Assembly (NCBI GenBank): GCA_051313645.2 | Contig: JBNRSN020000001.1 | Coordinates: forward strand, 31,186,001 to 31,250,000 | Source: Centroscyllium fabricii | Lineage: Eukaryota | Reading direction: 5' to 3' | Length of the DNA stretch: 64,000 bases | In this document: in pieces, positions 47,918-61,700 of the stretch | Layout of the letters: every line of letters starts with the position of its first letter | Numbering within the stretch: position 1 is the stretch's first letter | Made by a program: the position numbers and the translations under genes | The notes under the pieces: model-generated | The model's input: only the letters and a program-made list of their open reading frames with translations | The model's database searches: none | Told to the model about the DNA's origin: nothing

Positions 47918-50900
47918 CTAGCAGGCCACAGGTACACGTGTGACTTCATCACCGCGAAAGTCAAAATACCCTTACTCGGGGCCGACTTTCTGTGCGCCCA
48001 CGGCCTCCTGGTAGACGTTACCCGGCGCCGCCTGGTCGACATCCACCTCATGTCGACCATCCCGTGCTCCACAAGGCCGGCACACCAGACCCACGCAGCG
48101 GCACACTGCTGGGCCCGGAACTCCGACACGTACGCCACGCTGCTCGCGGAGTTCCCGGCCCTAACCAACCCCACCTTCACAGCCCGCTCCGCCAAGCACG
48201 GCGTAGAGCACCACATCACCACCACAAGCCCCCCAGTCCATGCCCACGCACGCAGGCTGGACCCAGCCAAGCTGGAGATCGCGCGCGCCGAGTTCCACAT
48301 CATGGAACAACTCGGAATAATCCGCCGCTCCAGCAGCCCCTGAGCCTCCCCCCTCCACATCGCCCCCAAGCCCGACGGCGGCTGGCGCCCCTGCGGAGAC
48401 TACCGCCGCCTTAACAACACCACCACCCCAGACAGGTACCCCGTGCCCCACATCCAGGATTTTTCCACAAGGCTAGCCGGCTGCACGGTCTTCTCAAAGA
48501 TCGACCTGGTACGGGGCTACCACCAGGTTCCGGTGCACCCAGCGGATGTCCCTAAGACAGCCGTCATTACCCCATTCGGCCTGTTCGAATTTCTCCGAAT
48601 GCCCTTCGGACTCAAAAACGCGGCCCAGGCCTTCCAGCGCCTCATGGACTCAGTCCTGCGGGACTTGCAGTTCACCTTCGTCTATCTCGACGACATCCTC
48701 GTGGCCAGCGCCTCCCCCCAGGAACACCTCCTCCACCTCAGGGCTCTTTTCAACCACCTGGCCGAACACGGCCTCATACTAAGCCCCTCCAAGTGTCGAT
48801 TCGGCCTCGAGGCTATCGACTTTCTCGGCCACCACATCTCCCAGACCGGGGCCATACCCCTGCCCTCCAAGGTGCAGGCGGTCCAGGAATTCCCTCGCCC
48901 GCACTCCATCAAGGGGCTGCAGGAATTCCTCGGGATGGTTAACTTTTACAACCGTTTCATCCCCGGAGCAGCCGCTCTCATGGCCCCCCTCTATCAGGCC
49001 ACCCGCGGGCAGTCCAACAAGGCTGCGGTCGAGTGGACGGCCGAAGCCTCCACCGCCTTCACCGCAACCAAAACAGCCCTCGCCAACGCCACGCTCCTCA
49101 GCTACCCTAGGCCCAACGCCAGAGTAGCCCTCACCACCGACGCCTCCGACCACGCTGTCGGAGCAGTCTTCGAACAGTGGACGGGCGACTCCTGGCAACC
49201 CCTGGCCTTTTTCAGCCGGCAGCTCCGGCCCCCGGAGGTCAAGTACAGCGCCTTCGATAGGGAGCTACTTGCTCTCTACCTCGCGGTGCGCCACTTTCGC
49301 TTCCTCCTCGAGGGCCGCCACTTCACAGCCTTCGTGGATCACAAGCCACTGGTTTCAGCAATGGCTAAGATCTCCGAACCCTGGTCGGCCAGGCAGCAGC
49401 GCCAGCTCGCGGCCATGTCGGAATTTACTGCCGACATCCAGCACATAGCCGGCCGCGACAACGTGGTCGCTGACTGCCTCTCACGCCCCACCATCGGCAA
49501 ACCACCCGCCGACCATCCCCCACGCCCCACCATCGGCAAGCCAGCCCCCGACCACACCCCACGCCCCGCCACCGACAACGTGGCCGCCAACCGCCCCTCA
49601 AAACCCCCCACCGGCAAACCAGCCTCCGACCATCCCCCACGCCCCGCCATCGACAACGCGGTCGCCGACTGCCCCCCGCCACCCGCCACCGACCACGTCT
49701 GCGCGCACTGCCTCTCACGCCCAACCATCAACTCCGTCCAAACGGCCGTCGACTATAACAAAATGGCGGCCGACCAACTGACCGACCCCGATCTGCTCGA
49801 CCCAGCCATCAGCCTACCCGGCCTGCTCCTGGCAACCGTAGCACACGGGCCCACAGCCACAGAGGTCCGCTGTGACGTTACCCTCCCACAACCCAGACCC
49901 GTCGTCCCCCACACATGGAGGCGACACATCTTCCAGACCCTCCATGGCCTGTCCCACCCCGGTGTCCGCGCATCCACCAAGCTCATCTCTGCGCGATTCG
50001 TTTGGCGCGGCCTACGCAAAGAGGTCCGCGCCTGGACCAACGCCTGCAATGCCTGCCAGCACACCAAGGTGCACAACCACATCAAGGCACCGCTCGAACC
50101 CATCGCCATCCCAGCTAGACGCTTCAGCCACGTTCACGTTGACCTGGTCGGACCACTACCGCCATCACGTGGACATTCATACATTTTAACCATGGTCGAC
50201 CGCAACACCCGCTGGCCGGAAGCGGTTCCTCTCACCGCTACCACCACCGCCGACCTGGCCAGGGCCTTCATTGCCACCTGGGTCGCCCGTTTTGGCGTCC
50301 CCACCGACATCACTTCAGACAGGGGCCCCCAATTCACCTCAACCCTATGGTCGACCATCGCCCACGACCTCGGGGCAACCCTGCACCGAACCACCGCCTA
50401 CCACAAACAGGCCAACGGCCTCTGCGAACGGTTCCACCGATCTTTCAAGGCTTCCCTGCGGGCCAGCCTCCAAGGCGCAACCTGGTCCGACCGCCTGCCC
50501 TGGGTAATGCTAGGCTTCCGCTCAGCGGCCAAGGAGGACCTACACGCCTCAGCAGCCGAACTGGTCTATGGCCAACCACTAACGGTACTGGGCGAGTTCG
50601 TGGCAGAAACTAACGAACCCTGGTCAGCCGAGCGCTGCCTACGAGACTTTAATAACCAGGCAGCCACTTTCAAACCACTTCCGGTGGCCCGGCACGGACA
50701 GCCAGCAACACGTGTTCCAGACGTCATCCAAGATGCCAAGTATGTGTTTGTCCGCCATGACGCACACCGAACACCACTACAACCACCGTACGACGGGCCA
50801 TTCAGAGTGCTTCGGGCGGGACCCAAAACTTTTGACATTAAAATGGGCAACAGAGCCGAGACCATCTCCATCGACCGGCTCAAACCAGCACACGTAATGG

Positions 50901-51043
50901 CGGGCGAGACAGCAGTCCCCGCACAGCCACCAAAGCGCGGATGCCCTACCGCACCAAACCCCGCCCACACTCCTACGCAGAACAGGGAGCAGCGCACGAC
51001 ACGTGCTGGCCGCATCATCAGGCCACCTCAGCGCCTTGCCTGA
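47918..51043 (+). pseudogene. Gypsy pol (protease end, RT YLDD, RNase H, integrase with GPF/Y motif), one stop at 48341
   Basis: ORFs 48050-48343 and 48443-51043 are in the same frame (SSP*ASPLH, TGG>TGA). Motifs: [46 protein letters not shown]. Confidence 0.92.
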
Positions 51044-51255
51044 GATGATACGTGCGGGCCACATCATCAGGCCGCCACAACACCACTTTTCAAAACATGG
51101 AACAGCACACGACGTGCGGGCCACAACATCAGGCCACCTCAGCAAACTGCCGGACATTTTGTGTGATAATTGAAAATGTGTGTTTGCTCTCCTTTATGTC
51201 TCCCTCTCCTCTAGGTCCAGCCCAGCTCTCCCTCGCGGATTCTGGGGGGGAGCTG

Positions 51256-51542
51256 TGTGGCGACACGCCCACCTACAACATCGAACCCGCCTCAGGAGCG
51301 CTGCAAGATGGCCCCGCCCGCAGGGCGGCGCGCTGACATCGCCTCGATCCCCGACGTGTTGACGTCACCAGGTGGTCAACCGGCAGTGACGTCACCTACC
51401 GCGGGACCTTTAAATACCTGGGCTCCAGGTGGCTCACTCTCTTTTCCACCTGGCCCTAGCTGTAACTACATTAAATGTTAACTTTCCGAATCCTCTGTGT
51501 CCAGTGTGGTTCTTCGGCCCTGCATGCCTCTACACAACCACA
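51256..51542 (+). promoter_or_regulatory. 3' LTR of the CsRn1-like element, with CRE palindromes, TATA-like box and poly(A) signal
   Basis: TGACGTCA at ~51360 and ~51387, TTTAAATA at ~51409, ATTAAA at ~51470. Confidence 0.7.
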
Positions 51543-51555
51543 CTGCTGGGATAGT

Positions 51556-51872
51556 AACATAGAATCATAGAATCCCTTCAGTGCAGATAGAGGCCATTTC
51601 AGCCCATCGAGCCTGCACCAACACATATCACACCCTATCCCCGTAACCCCACATATTTAATCCTCCTAACACTAAGGATCAATTTATCCTGGCCAATCAA
51701 CCTAACCCGCACATCTGTGGACTGTGGAAAGAAACCGGAGCACCCGGAGGAAACCCACGCAGACACGGGGAGAAAGTGCAAACTCCACACAGATAGTACC
51801 CGAGGCTGGATTTGAACCCGGGCCCCTAGCGCTGTGAGGCAACAGTTCTAACCACTATGCCACCATGCCACC
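51556..51872 (-). mobile_element. HE1/V-SINE-type SINE, short-tail variant
   Basis: Same head and V-domain as the other copies; tail GGCTCGATGGGCTGAAATGGCCTC...GGGATTCTATGATTCTATG. Confidence 0.9.
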
Positions 51873-53914
51873 TTACTATAGACCTCCGTACATTCAGAGG
51901 GAGATAGAAGAGCAAATATGTAGGCAAATTTCTGAGATGTGCAAAAATTGGGCAGTAATTGTAGGGTATTACAACTTCCAGAATAATAACTGGGTTAATA
52001 TTAGTGTGAAAGGTATACAGGAAGCAGAATTCTTAAAATGCATTCACGAGAACCTTTTTACCAAGTACGTAGCAAGCCCAACAAGAGAGAGGCGGGTTCT
52101 GGACCTGGTTTCAGGGAATGAAGCTGGGCAGGTGGAAAGTGTATTAGTGGGACAGCATATTGGTGGGAGTGATCATAATTCAATTAGATTTAACGTAGTT
52201 ATGGAAAACAATGAGGATAGACCAGGAATAAAAGTTCTCAACGGGGAAAAGCTAACTTTACTAAGCTGAGATGTGATTTAGCCAAAGTGGATTGGAGACT
52301 GAAACCTGAAGGTAAATCAGTGTCAGAGCAGTGGGAGGCATTCAAGGAGGAGACAGTGAGGGTTCAGAGCAAGTATGTTCCCTTAAAGTATAAGGGTGGG
52401 ACTAACAAATCCCGATCTCCCTGTATGGGTGTGGTAACCCATAATCTTATGTTATACCACTGTATTCTTGTTGCCAATAATTGGCTGTGTATGTGTGATA
52501 CACAGCCCTGTAACACTGTCAGGAGCCAGGTCAGCCACACCTCTAACTCCTCCCCCAGGTGAGACCTTTATAGGTGGAGACTGACTGAGGCTCCCTCATT
52601 CCTGCTCAGATGTTCGTTCGGAGGGTAGCTCCGAAGTAAGTGATTAAAAGCCTATAGTTACGGTAACTACTCGTTGAGTCTTTTACTCTGGGATATTGAT
52701 GACACGTCAATTTTAATCACTTAAAGTTTTTTAAAATGGAGAGCGGTGCAGTAAAGCCAGAAAAGCTGGATATCAGTCCACAGGACCCTGCCGCTGCCAC
52801 CACGTTCGAACACTGGTTCGGTCTCCTGGAGGCCTATATGGACGCCGCCAAGGCTACAACCGATGGGAACAAGCTACAGGTTCTCCGGTCCAGGATCTCC
52901 AGCCGAGTATTCTCCCTCATCTAAGAGGCCAAAACCTACCCAGGGGCAGTGGAAAAGCTGAGGAAATGCTACGAGCGCCCGGTCCATTCGGTCTACGCCA
53001 GACATGTGCTCGCGACCAGACCACAACTACCGGGTGAGACTAATGAACAATTTGAGCAAGCGCTCCAGGCCCTGGTACGGGTCTGTGGCTGCCAAGCCCG
53101 GACAGCAGAAGAGGAGGCGAACCTCCTCGTCCAAGACGCGTATGTAACTGGACTAAGGTGCATGGAGGCCTGCCAGCGGCTGCTCGAAAAAGACACTTTG
53201 TCCCTCGAAGACGCGATTGCTATATCTAACTCCATGGAAGGAGCAACCAACAAACTACAAGCTTACAGCGGCACAAACCCGCAGGCCTACGACATGTGGG
53301 CCGCGCCACAACGGACCCAGGCCTGGGCAGCACCACAACGGGTTGAGACCCCCACGATGGCTGCGACAGCCACAAAAGACAAACGCTGCTACTTCTGCAG
53401 CCAGGGACTGCACCCGAGAGCGAGATGCCCAGCGAGGACCGCGACCTGTGAGAGGTGCGCCAAGAAGGGACATTACGCAAAGGCTTGCAGATCAGCACCA
53501 GCAGCGCCCAACTCCAGGTACAACAGCGCAGCCTGTGAAAGCTCCGACAGACCTCAGGTAAGCTGCAATAGCAGCACGATCCAGCGACGGTCCGGGGGTA
53601 GGAGGAAAGCGCCCCCATCTCCCACCCCGAGGCGGCAAAGGCCGGCCAAGCGCGACCCCCCAATGCCAGCAGCAGACCCAATGCGGCCGGCTGCGTGCGA
53701 ATCACGGGCACCGCCAACCCGACCACCGTGGCTCGCTGCGTGCGAACCACAGGCACCGCCAACCCAGCCACCGCGGCCCGCTGCGTGCGAACCACGGGCG
53801 CCACCAACCCAGTCACCGCGGCCCGCTGCATGCGAGCCACGGGCGCCGCCAGAGCGATCACAGCGGTCAGCCGCGTGCGAACCACGGGCACTGCCATCTC
53901 GCCCCCGGCGGCCC

Positions 53915-56900
53915 TGTGGTAACCATATTAATGTTAATTGTTACCACTGTATTATTGTGCCAATAATGGGCTGTGCAGATGTAAGGCACAGCCCTGTAAC
54001 CTGTGTAATACTGTTGGGCATAGCCCTGTAACCTGTGTAATACTGTTGGGAGCCAGGTCAGCCACACCTCTAACTCCTCCCCCAGGTGAGGCCCTTTATA
54101 GGTGGAAACTGACCGAGGCTCCTCATTCCTGTACAGAAGTTCGTTCCGGAGGGTAGCTCCAAACTTAGCGATTAAAAGCCTTTTGTTACGGTAACTACTC
54201 GTCGACTCATTTAATCGGAGATATTGACGATACGTCAATTTTAATCGCTAAGAATTTTTAAATGGAGAGCAGCGCAGTTAAACCAGAGAAGCTGGACATC
54301 AGTCCCCAGGACCTTGCCGCTGCTACCACGTTCGAACACTGGTTCGGCTTCCTGGAGGCCTACATGGACGCCGCCAAGGCTACAACGGACAGGAACAAAT
54401 TGCAGTTCCTCCTGTCGAGGATCTCCAGCAGGGTATTCTCCCACATCAGAAACGCCTCAACCTACCCAGTGGCCGTGGAGAAGCTAAGGATGTGCTACGA
54501 GCGCCCGGTACATTCGGTCTACGCCAGACATGTGCTTGCAACCAGATCTCAGCTACCGGGTGAGACCAATGAGCAGTTCGAGCAAGCGCTCCAGGCCCTG
54601 GTACGGGTCTGTGGCTGCCAAGCCAGAACGGCTGAAGAGGAGGCGAACCTACTCGTTCGGGACGTTTATGTTACTGGACTGAGGTGTGTGGAAGCCCGCC
54701 AGCGGCTGCTGGAGAAAGACACTCTGTCCCTCGAGGATGCGATTACGATATCCAACTCAGTAGAGGGGGCCCAAAACAAATTACAGGCATACAACGGCAC
54801 TAACCCGCACGCCTACGACATATGGGCCGCGCCACAACGGGCCCAGGCCTGGGCAGCACCACAACGGGTAGAGATCCCCACGATGGCTGCGACAGCCACT
54901 AAAGATAAGCGCTGCTACTTCTGCAGCCAGGGACTGCACCCAAGAGCGAGATGCCCAGCCAGGACAGCGACCTGCGAGAGGTGCGCCAAGAAAGGACACT
55001 ATGCTAAAGCCTGCAGATCAGCTCCAGCAGCGCCTAACCCAAGGTACAACAGTGCAGCCTGTGAGAGCACCGACAGACACCAGGTAAGCTGCAATAGCAG
55101 CGCGATCCAGCGACAGTCCAGGGGTAGAAAACAAGCGCCCCCATCTCCCACCCCGATGTTGCAAAGGCCGGCCAAGCGTGACCCCCCAACGCGGCCGGCT
55201 GCGTGCGAATCACGGGCACCGCCAACCCGACCACCGCGGCTCGCTGCGTGCGAATCACGGGCACCGCCAACCCAGTCACCGCGGTCCGCTGTGTGCGAAT
55301 CACGGGCGCTGCCAGCGCGCTCACAGCGGCCCACCATGTGCGACCCCTCGGCGCCGCCATTTTGTATCCAGGGCCCCACCATGTGCGAGCCAGTGGCGCC
55401 GCCATTTTGTATTCAGGGCCCCACCATGTGCGAGACAGGGGCGCCGCCATCTTGTGTACAGCCCCGACCAGCAGGGGGCCCACACACACGAAAACGCACG
55501 GCTGCGGCGGCCAGACTCAGAGTGAACCAGGACAGGCCACATACCCTGTCCAACTCTATTATGCCCATTAAGATTAACGGCTATACTGTTAACTGCCTGT
55601 TTGACACTGGAAGCACGGAGAGCTTCGTACACCCCGATACAGTGCAGCGCTGCGGACTGCAGGTCCTGCCCACTAGCTACCAAGTCTCCCTAGCTTCACA
55701 GTCCCACACAGCGGACGTCACCGGCTACTGCTCCGTCACGCTCACAGTCAAGGGGTGCGTGAACCATAATTTTAAATTGTATACCCTCCAGCAGTTGTGT
55801 GCCCTAGCCTTATTAGGTTTGGGTTTCCAGTGCCACCTCAAGAGCGTGACAAGGGAGTTCGGCGGGACCTTGCCCCCCCTCACCGTCAGTAGCCGGGAAA
55901 ATCCCTTCCCAAATCGGAGCCCGGCCTGCGGCCTCTCCACCCTGAAAATCGACCCCCCCTCGCTCTTCGCCAACCTCGATCCAAAGTGCAAACCCATTGC
56001 TACTAAGAGTCGGCGGTACAGTGTGGGGGATCGCACGTTTATCAGGTCGGAGGTCGGGCGTATGCTGAAGGAGGGGATAATTGAAGCCAGCACCAGCCCC
56101 TGGCGTGCCCAAGTTGTAGTGGTGAAGTCTGGCGAGAAACAACGGCTGGTGATCGATTACAGCCAGACTATCAACCGCTACACCGGGCTCGACGCCTACC
56201 CCCTTCCCCGCATCTCAGACATGGTCAATCAGATCGCCCAGTACAAGGTGTTCTCCACGATCGACCTTAAATTGGCGTATCATCAGCTCCCGATCCGGAA
56301 AGCCAACCGCCCCTACACCGCCTTCGAGGCGAACGGTCGGCTCTACCACCTCCTCCGGGTCCCCTTTGGCGTGACCAACGGAGTGTCAGTGTTCCAGCGG
56401 GAGATGGACCGTATGGTTGACCAAAATGAGTTGCAGGCCACCTTCCCCTACCTGGACAACGTGACCATCTGCGGCCACGACCAGCAGGACCACGATGCCA
56501 ATCTGGCCAGATTTCTCGACACGGCGGATAAGCTGGACCTCACGTATAACAAAGACAAATGTGTCTTTAATACAGACCGGCTCGCCATCCTCGGATACGT
56601 GGTGGAGAACGGGGTCCTCAGCCCCGACCCACAGCATATGCGACCCCTGCAAGAACTGCCCCTACCTCACAATCCCAAAGCCTTGAGGAGATGCCTAGGA
56701 TTTTTTTCCTATTATGCACAATGGGTCCCACAGTTCGCAGATAAGGCTAGACCACTCCTCATGGCTGCTGTCTTCCCCCTTTCTGTAGAAGCCCAAATGG
56801 CATTCGCAAGGATAAAGGAAGACATCATCAAGGCGACCATGCTCGCTGTTGATGAATCCATCCCTTTCCAGGTGGAGAGCGACGCTTCGGACTTTGCCCT

Positions 56901-58782
56901 TGCTGCCACCCTGAATCAGGCAGGCAGGCCCGTAGCGTTTTTCTCCCGCACCCTACAGGGACCCAAAACTCGCCACTCCGCAGTGGAAAAGGAGGCCCAG
57001 GCTATCGTGGAGGCCGTGCGCTACTGGTGTCATTACCTGGCCGGTAAGCGTTTTACCCTGCTCACCGACCAACTGTCGGTGACGTTTATGTTTAATAATA
57101 AACAACGGGGTAAAATCAAGAATGATAAGATCCTGCGGTGGCGGATCGAACTCTCGACTTACGAGTACGACATTCTTTACCGACCAGGCAAACTCAATGA
57201 ACCCCCGGACGCACTGTCCAGGGGAACATGCGCCAGTGCCCAGCTAGACCGGCTGAAGGACCTCCACGACCGCCTTTGCCACCCGGGTGTCACCAGACTC
57301 GCCCACTTTGTCAGATCCCGTAGCCTCCCCTAGTCCATCACGGAGATCAAGGCTATGACCCGAGAGTGCCCTGTCTGCGCCGAATGCAAACCCCACTTTT
57401 TCCGGCCAGACACGGCGCACCTCATTAAGGCCACCCGCCCCTTTGAACGTCTCAGCGTGGACTTCAAAGGCCCCCTCCCCTCCACCGACCGCAACTCATA
57501 CTTCCTCACGGTCGTAGATGAGTTCTCCCGCTTCCCCTTCGCCTTCCCCTGCGCAGATATGACGAGCGCAACGGTGATAAAACACTTCACCATGCTGTTC
57601 GCCATTTTCGGTCTCCCCAGCTACATCCATAGCGAAAGGGGGTCATCGTTCATGAGCGATGAACTGCGCCAGTTTCTGCTCCAGAAAGGGGTTGCCACGA
57701 GCAGAACGACCAGTTATAACCCCCGGGGGAACGGCCAGGTAGAAAGGGAGAATGGGATCATTTGGAAGGCGGTCACCCTGGCTCTCAAGTCCAGAGGCCT
57801 TCCGGTGTCCCATTGGCAGGCAGTCCTCCCAGACGCGCTGCACTCTATACACTCGCTTCTGTGTACAGCTACTAACACCACCCCGCATGATCTGATTTTT
57901 GCCTTCCCCAGGAAATCGACTTTGGGGACAGCTCTCCCTCCATGGCTGACGACACCAGGGCCGGTCTTCCTTAGGAGACATGTCCGGAGCCACAAGACAG
58001 ACCCCCTGGTGGACAAGGTGCAGCTCCTACACGCAAACCCACACTATGCATTCGTGCAGTTCCCGGATGGGCGTGAGGACACCATGTCCATCAGGGACAT
58101 GGCTCCCGCAGGAAGCACCCCCGCAGAGCCCCTGGTCGGCCAGCAGGCCGCTCAGCCACTGTATCCAGAGAACCCACCAGACACACGATGGCCCCCAAGC
58201 TTCCCAGAGCCCCAGCAGTGGCCAGTACAAAACTACCACCCGGACGGCGTGGACCAGCCGGATCCATCGCCACCAGAAGCCACGGCACCTGATCAGCGGT
58301 CACCACCGGCAGACGCGAGTGGTACGGACCAGAAGGCACCACCACCACCACCGGAACGCCGGCGGTCCTCCAGGCAGACACGACCGCCGGACAGACTGAT
58401 CGTTAATTGTTCGGCCCATTCACCCACCCCCCGGACTTAAAATTTTCAAGAAGGTGTGAATGTGGTAACCATATTATGTTAATTGTTACCACTGTATTAT
58501 TGTGCCAATAATGGGCTGTGCAGATGTAAGGCACAGCCCTGTAACCTGTGTAATACTGTTGGGCATAGCCCTGTAACCTGTGTAATACTGTTGGGAGCCA
58601 GGTCAGCCACACCTCTAACTCCTCCCCCAGGTGAGGCCCTTTAAAGGTGGAAACTGACCGAAGCTCCTCATTCCTGTACAGAAGTTCGTTCCGGAGGGTA
58701 GCTCCAAACTTAGCGATTAAAAGCCTTTTGTTACGGTAACTACTCGTCGACTCATTTAATCGGAGATATTGACGATACGTCA
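53915..58782 (+). mobile_element. Gypsy YLDN family copy D, full length (4868 bp)
   Basis: LTRs at 53915-54237 and 58461-58782 (2 substitutions + 1 indel by eye; 32-bp tandem duplication in U3) and perfect TSD GGCCC (53910-53914, 58783-58787). Confidence 0.97.
54262..58440 (+). pseudogene. Copy D gag-pol, one nonsense mutation (TAC>TAG at 57331)
   Basis: ORFs 54262-57333 and 57355-58440 are in frame; the other copies read LPYSITE at this point. The integrase SDRG motif is changed to SERG. Confidence 0.92.
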
Positions 58783-61700
58783 GGCCCACCATGTGCGACC
58801 CCTCGGCGCCGCCATTTTGTCCCCAGGGCCCCACCATGTGCGAGCCAGGGGCACCGCCATTTTGTCTCCAGGGCCCCACCATGTGCGAACCAGGGGCGCC
58901 GCCATTTTGTGTACAGCCCCAACCAGCAGGGGGCCCACACACACAAAAGCGCATGTCTGCTTCAGCCATACCCAGAGTGGACCAGGACAGGCCACACACC
59001 CTGTCTAACTCAATAATGCCCATCAAAATAAACGGCCATACTACTAATTGCCTATTTGACACTGGAAGCACGGAGAGCTTTGTGCACCCCGATACAGTGC
59101 AGCGCTGCGGACTGCAGATCCTGCCCACAAACTATCAAGTCTCCCTTGCTTCAAAGTCCCACACCGCGGACGTCACCGGCTACTGCTCCGTCACGCTCAC
59201 AGTCAAGGGGTGCGTGTAACGTAATTTTAAATTGTACACCCTCCAGCAGTTGTGTGCCCCAGCCTTACTAGGTCTGGATTTCCAGTGCCACCTCAAGGGC
59301 GTGACAATGGAGTTCGGCGGGACCTTGCCCCCACTCACCGTCAGTAGCCGGGACAGTCCCTTCCCAAAGCGCAGCCCGGCCTGCGGCCTCTCCACCCTGA
59401 AAATCGACCCCCCCTCACTGTTCGCCAACCTCGACCCCAAGTGCAAACCTATTGCTAGCAAGAGTCGGCGGTACAGTGTGGGGGATCGCACGTTTATCAG
59501 GTCGGAGGTCTGGCGTATGCTGAAGGAGGGGATAATTGAAGCCAGCACCAGCCCCTGGGACGCCCAGGTTGTAGTGGTAAAGTCTGGCGAGAAACAACGG
59601 CTGCTACACCGGGCTCGACGCCTACCCCCTTCCCCGCATCTCGGAAATGGTCAATCAGATCGCCAAGTACAAGGTGTTCACTGCGATTGACCTTAAGTCA
59701 GCGTATCACCAACTCCCGATCCGGAAAGCCGACCGCCCCTACACCGCCTTCGAGGCGAACGGTCGGCTCTACCACTTCCTCCGGGTCCCCTTCGGCATGA
59801 CCAACGGAGTGTCAGTGTTCCAGCGGGAGATGGACCGCATGGTTGACCAGAACGAGTTGCAGGCCACCTTCCCCTACCTGGACAACGTGACCATCTGCGG
59901 CCATGACCAGCAGGACCACGATGCCAAACTGGCCAAATTTCTCGACACGCCGGATAAGCTGGACCTCACGTATAACAAAGACAAATGTGTCTTTAATACA
60001 GACCGGCTCGCCATCCTCGGATACGTGGTGGAGAACGGGGTCCTCGGCCCCGACCCACAGCGTATGCGACCCCTTCAAGAACTGCCCCTACCTCACAACC
60101 CTAAAGCCTTGAGGAGACGCCTAGGATTTTTCTCCTATTACGCACAATGGGTCCCACAGTTCGCGGACAAGGCTAGAACACTCCTCAAGGCTGCCGTTTT
60201 CCCCCTTTCGGTAGAAGCCCAAACGGCATTCGCCCGGATAAAGGAAGACATCATCAAGGCAACCATGCTCGCTGTTTATGTATCCATTCCCTTCCAGGTG
60301 GAGAGCGACGCTTCGGACTTCGCCCTTGCTGCCACCGTGAATCAGGCAGGCAGGCCCGTAGCGTTTTTCTCTCGCACCCTACAGGGACCCGAAACTCGCC
60401 TCTCAGCAGTGGAAAAGGAGGCCCAGGCCATCGTGGAGGCAGTGCGCTACTGGTGTCATTACCTGGCCAGTAAGCGTTTTACCCTTCTCACCGACCAACG
60501 GTCAGTGGCGTTTATGTTTAATAATAAACAGAAGGGTAAGATCAAGAATGATAAGATCCTGCGGTGGCGGATCGAACTCTCGACTTACGAGTATGACATT
60601 CTTTACCGACCAGGGAAACTCAATGAACCCCCGGACGCACTGTCCAGGGGAACGTGCGCCATTGCCCAGCTGGACCGGCTGAAGGACCTCCACGACCGCC
60701 TCTGCCACCCGGGTGTCACCAGACTCGCCCACTTCGTCAGATCCCGTAGCCTCCCCTACTCCATCACGGAGATCAAGGCTATGACCCGAGAGTGCCCTGT
60801 TTGCGCCGAGTGCAAACCCCAATTTTTCCGGCCAGACACGGTGCACCTCATCAAGGCCACCCGCCCCTTTGAACGTCTCAGCGTGGACTTCAAAGGCCCC
60901 CTCCCCACCACCGACCGCAACTCATACTTCCTCACGGTCGTAGATGAGTTCTCCCGCTTCCCCTTCGCCTTCCCCTGCGCAGATATGACGAGCGCAACGG
61001 TGATAAAACACTTCACCACGCTGTTCGCCATTTTCGGTCTCCCCAGCTACATCCATAGCGACCGGGGGTCATCGTTCATGAGCGATGAACTGCGTCAGTT
61101 TCTGCTCCAGAAAGGGGTTGCCACGAGCAGAACGACCAGTTATAACCCCCGGGGGAACGGCCAGGTGGAAAGGGAGAATGGGATCATCTGGAAGGCGGTC
61201 ACCCTGGCTCTGAAGTCCAGAGGCCTTCCAGTGGCCCATTGGCAGGCAGTCCTCCCAGAGGCGCTGCATTCTATACGCTCTCTCTTATGTACGGCCACTA
61301 ACGCAACTCCTCATGATTTGATTTGTGCTTTCCCCAGGAAGTCGACTTCGGGGACAGCTCTTCCTCCATGGCTCACGACACCGGGGCCAATCTTCCTTAG
61401 AAGACACGTCCGTGGCCACAAGACCGACCCCCTGGTGGACAAGGTGCAGCTCCTGCATGCGAACCCGCAATACGCATTCGTGCATTTCCCGGACGGGCGT
61501 GAGGACACCGTATCTATCAGGGACCTGGCGCCCGGAGGAAGCACCGCAGAGCCCCTGGTCGGCCAGCAGGCTGCTCAGCCACAGTATCCAGAACACCCCC
61601 TACACCTACAATGGCCTCCGAGTTTTCCAGAGCCCCAGCAGTGGCCAACGCAGGACCACCACTCCGATAGCTCGGACCAGCGGAGACCATCACCACCCGA

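Larger units (their letters stand above)
47916..51542 (+). mobile_element. 5'-truncated CsRn1/Kabuki-like Gypsy retrotransposon
   Basis: pol from mid-protease (PLLGADFL), PPT TCTGGGGGGGAG near 51241, and a 3' LTR TGTGG...CCACA at 51256-51542. The clade is assigned from motif resemblance only. Confidence 0.85.

Noticed and set aside
57331-57333. Programmed stop-codon readthrough before integrase
   Set aside because: Copies A, B and C have TAC at this codon, so it is a private nonsense mutation.
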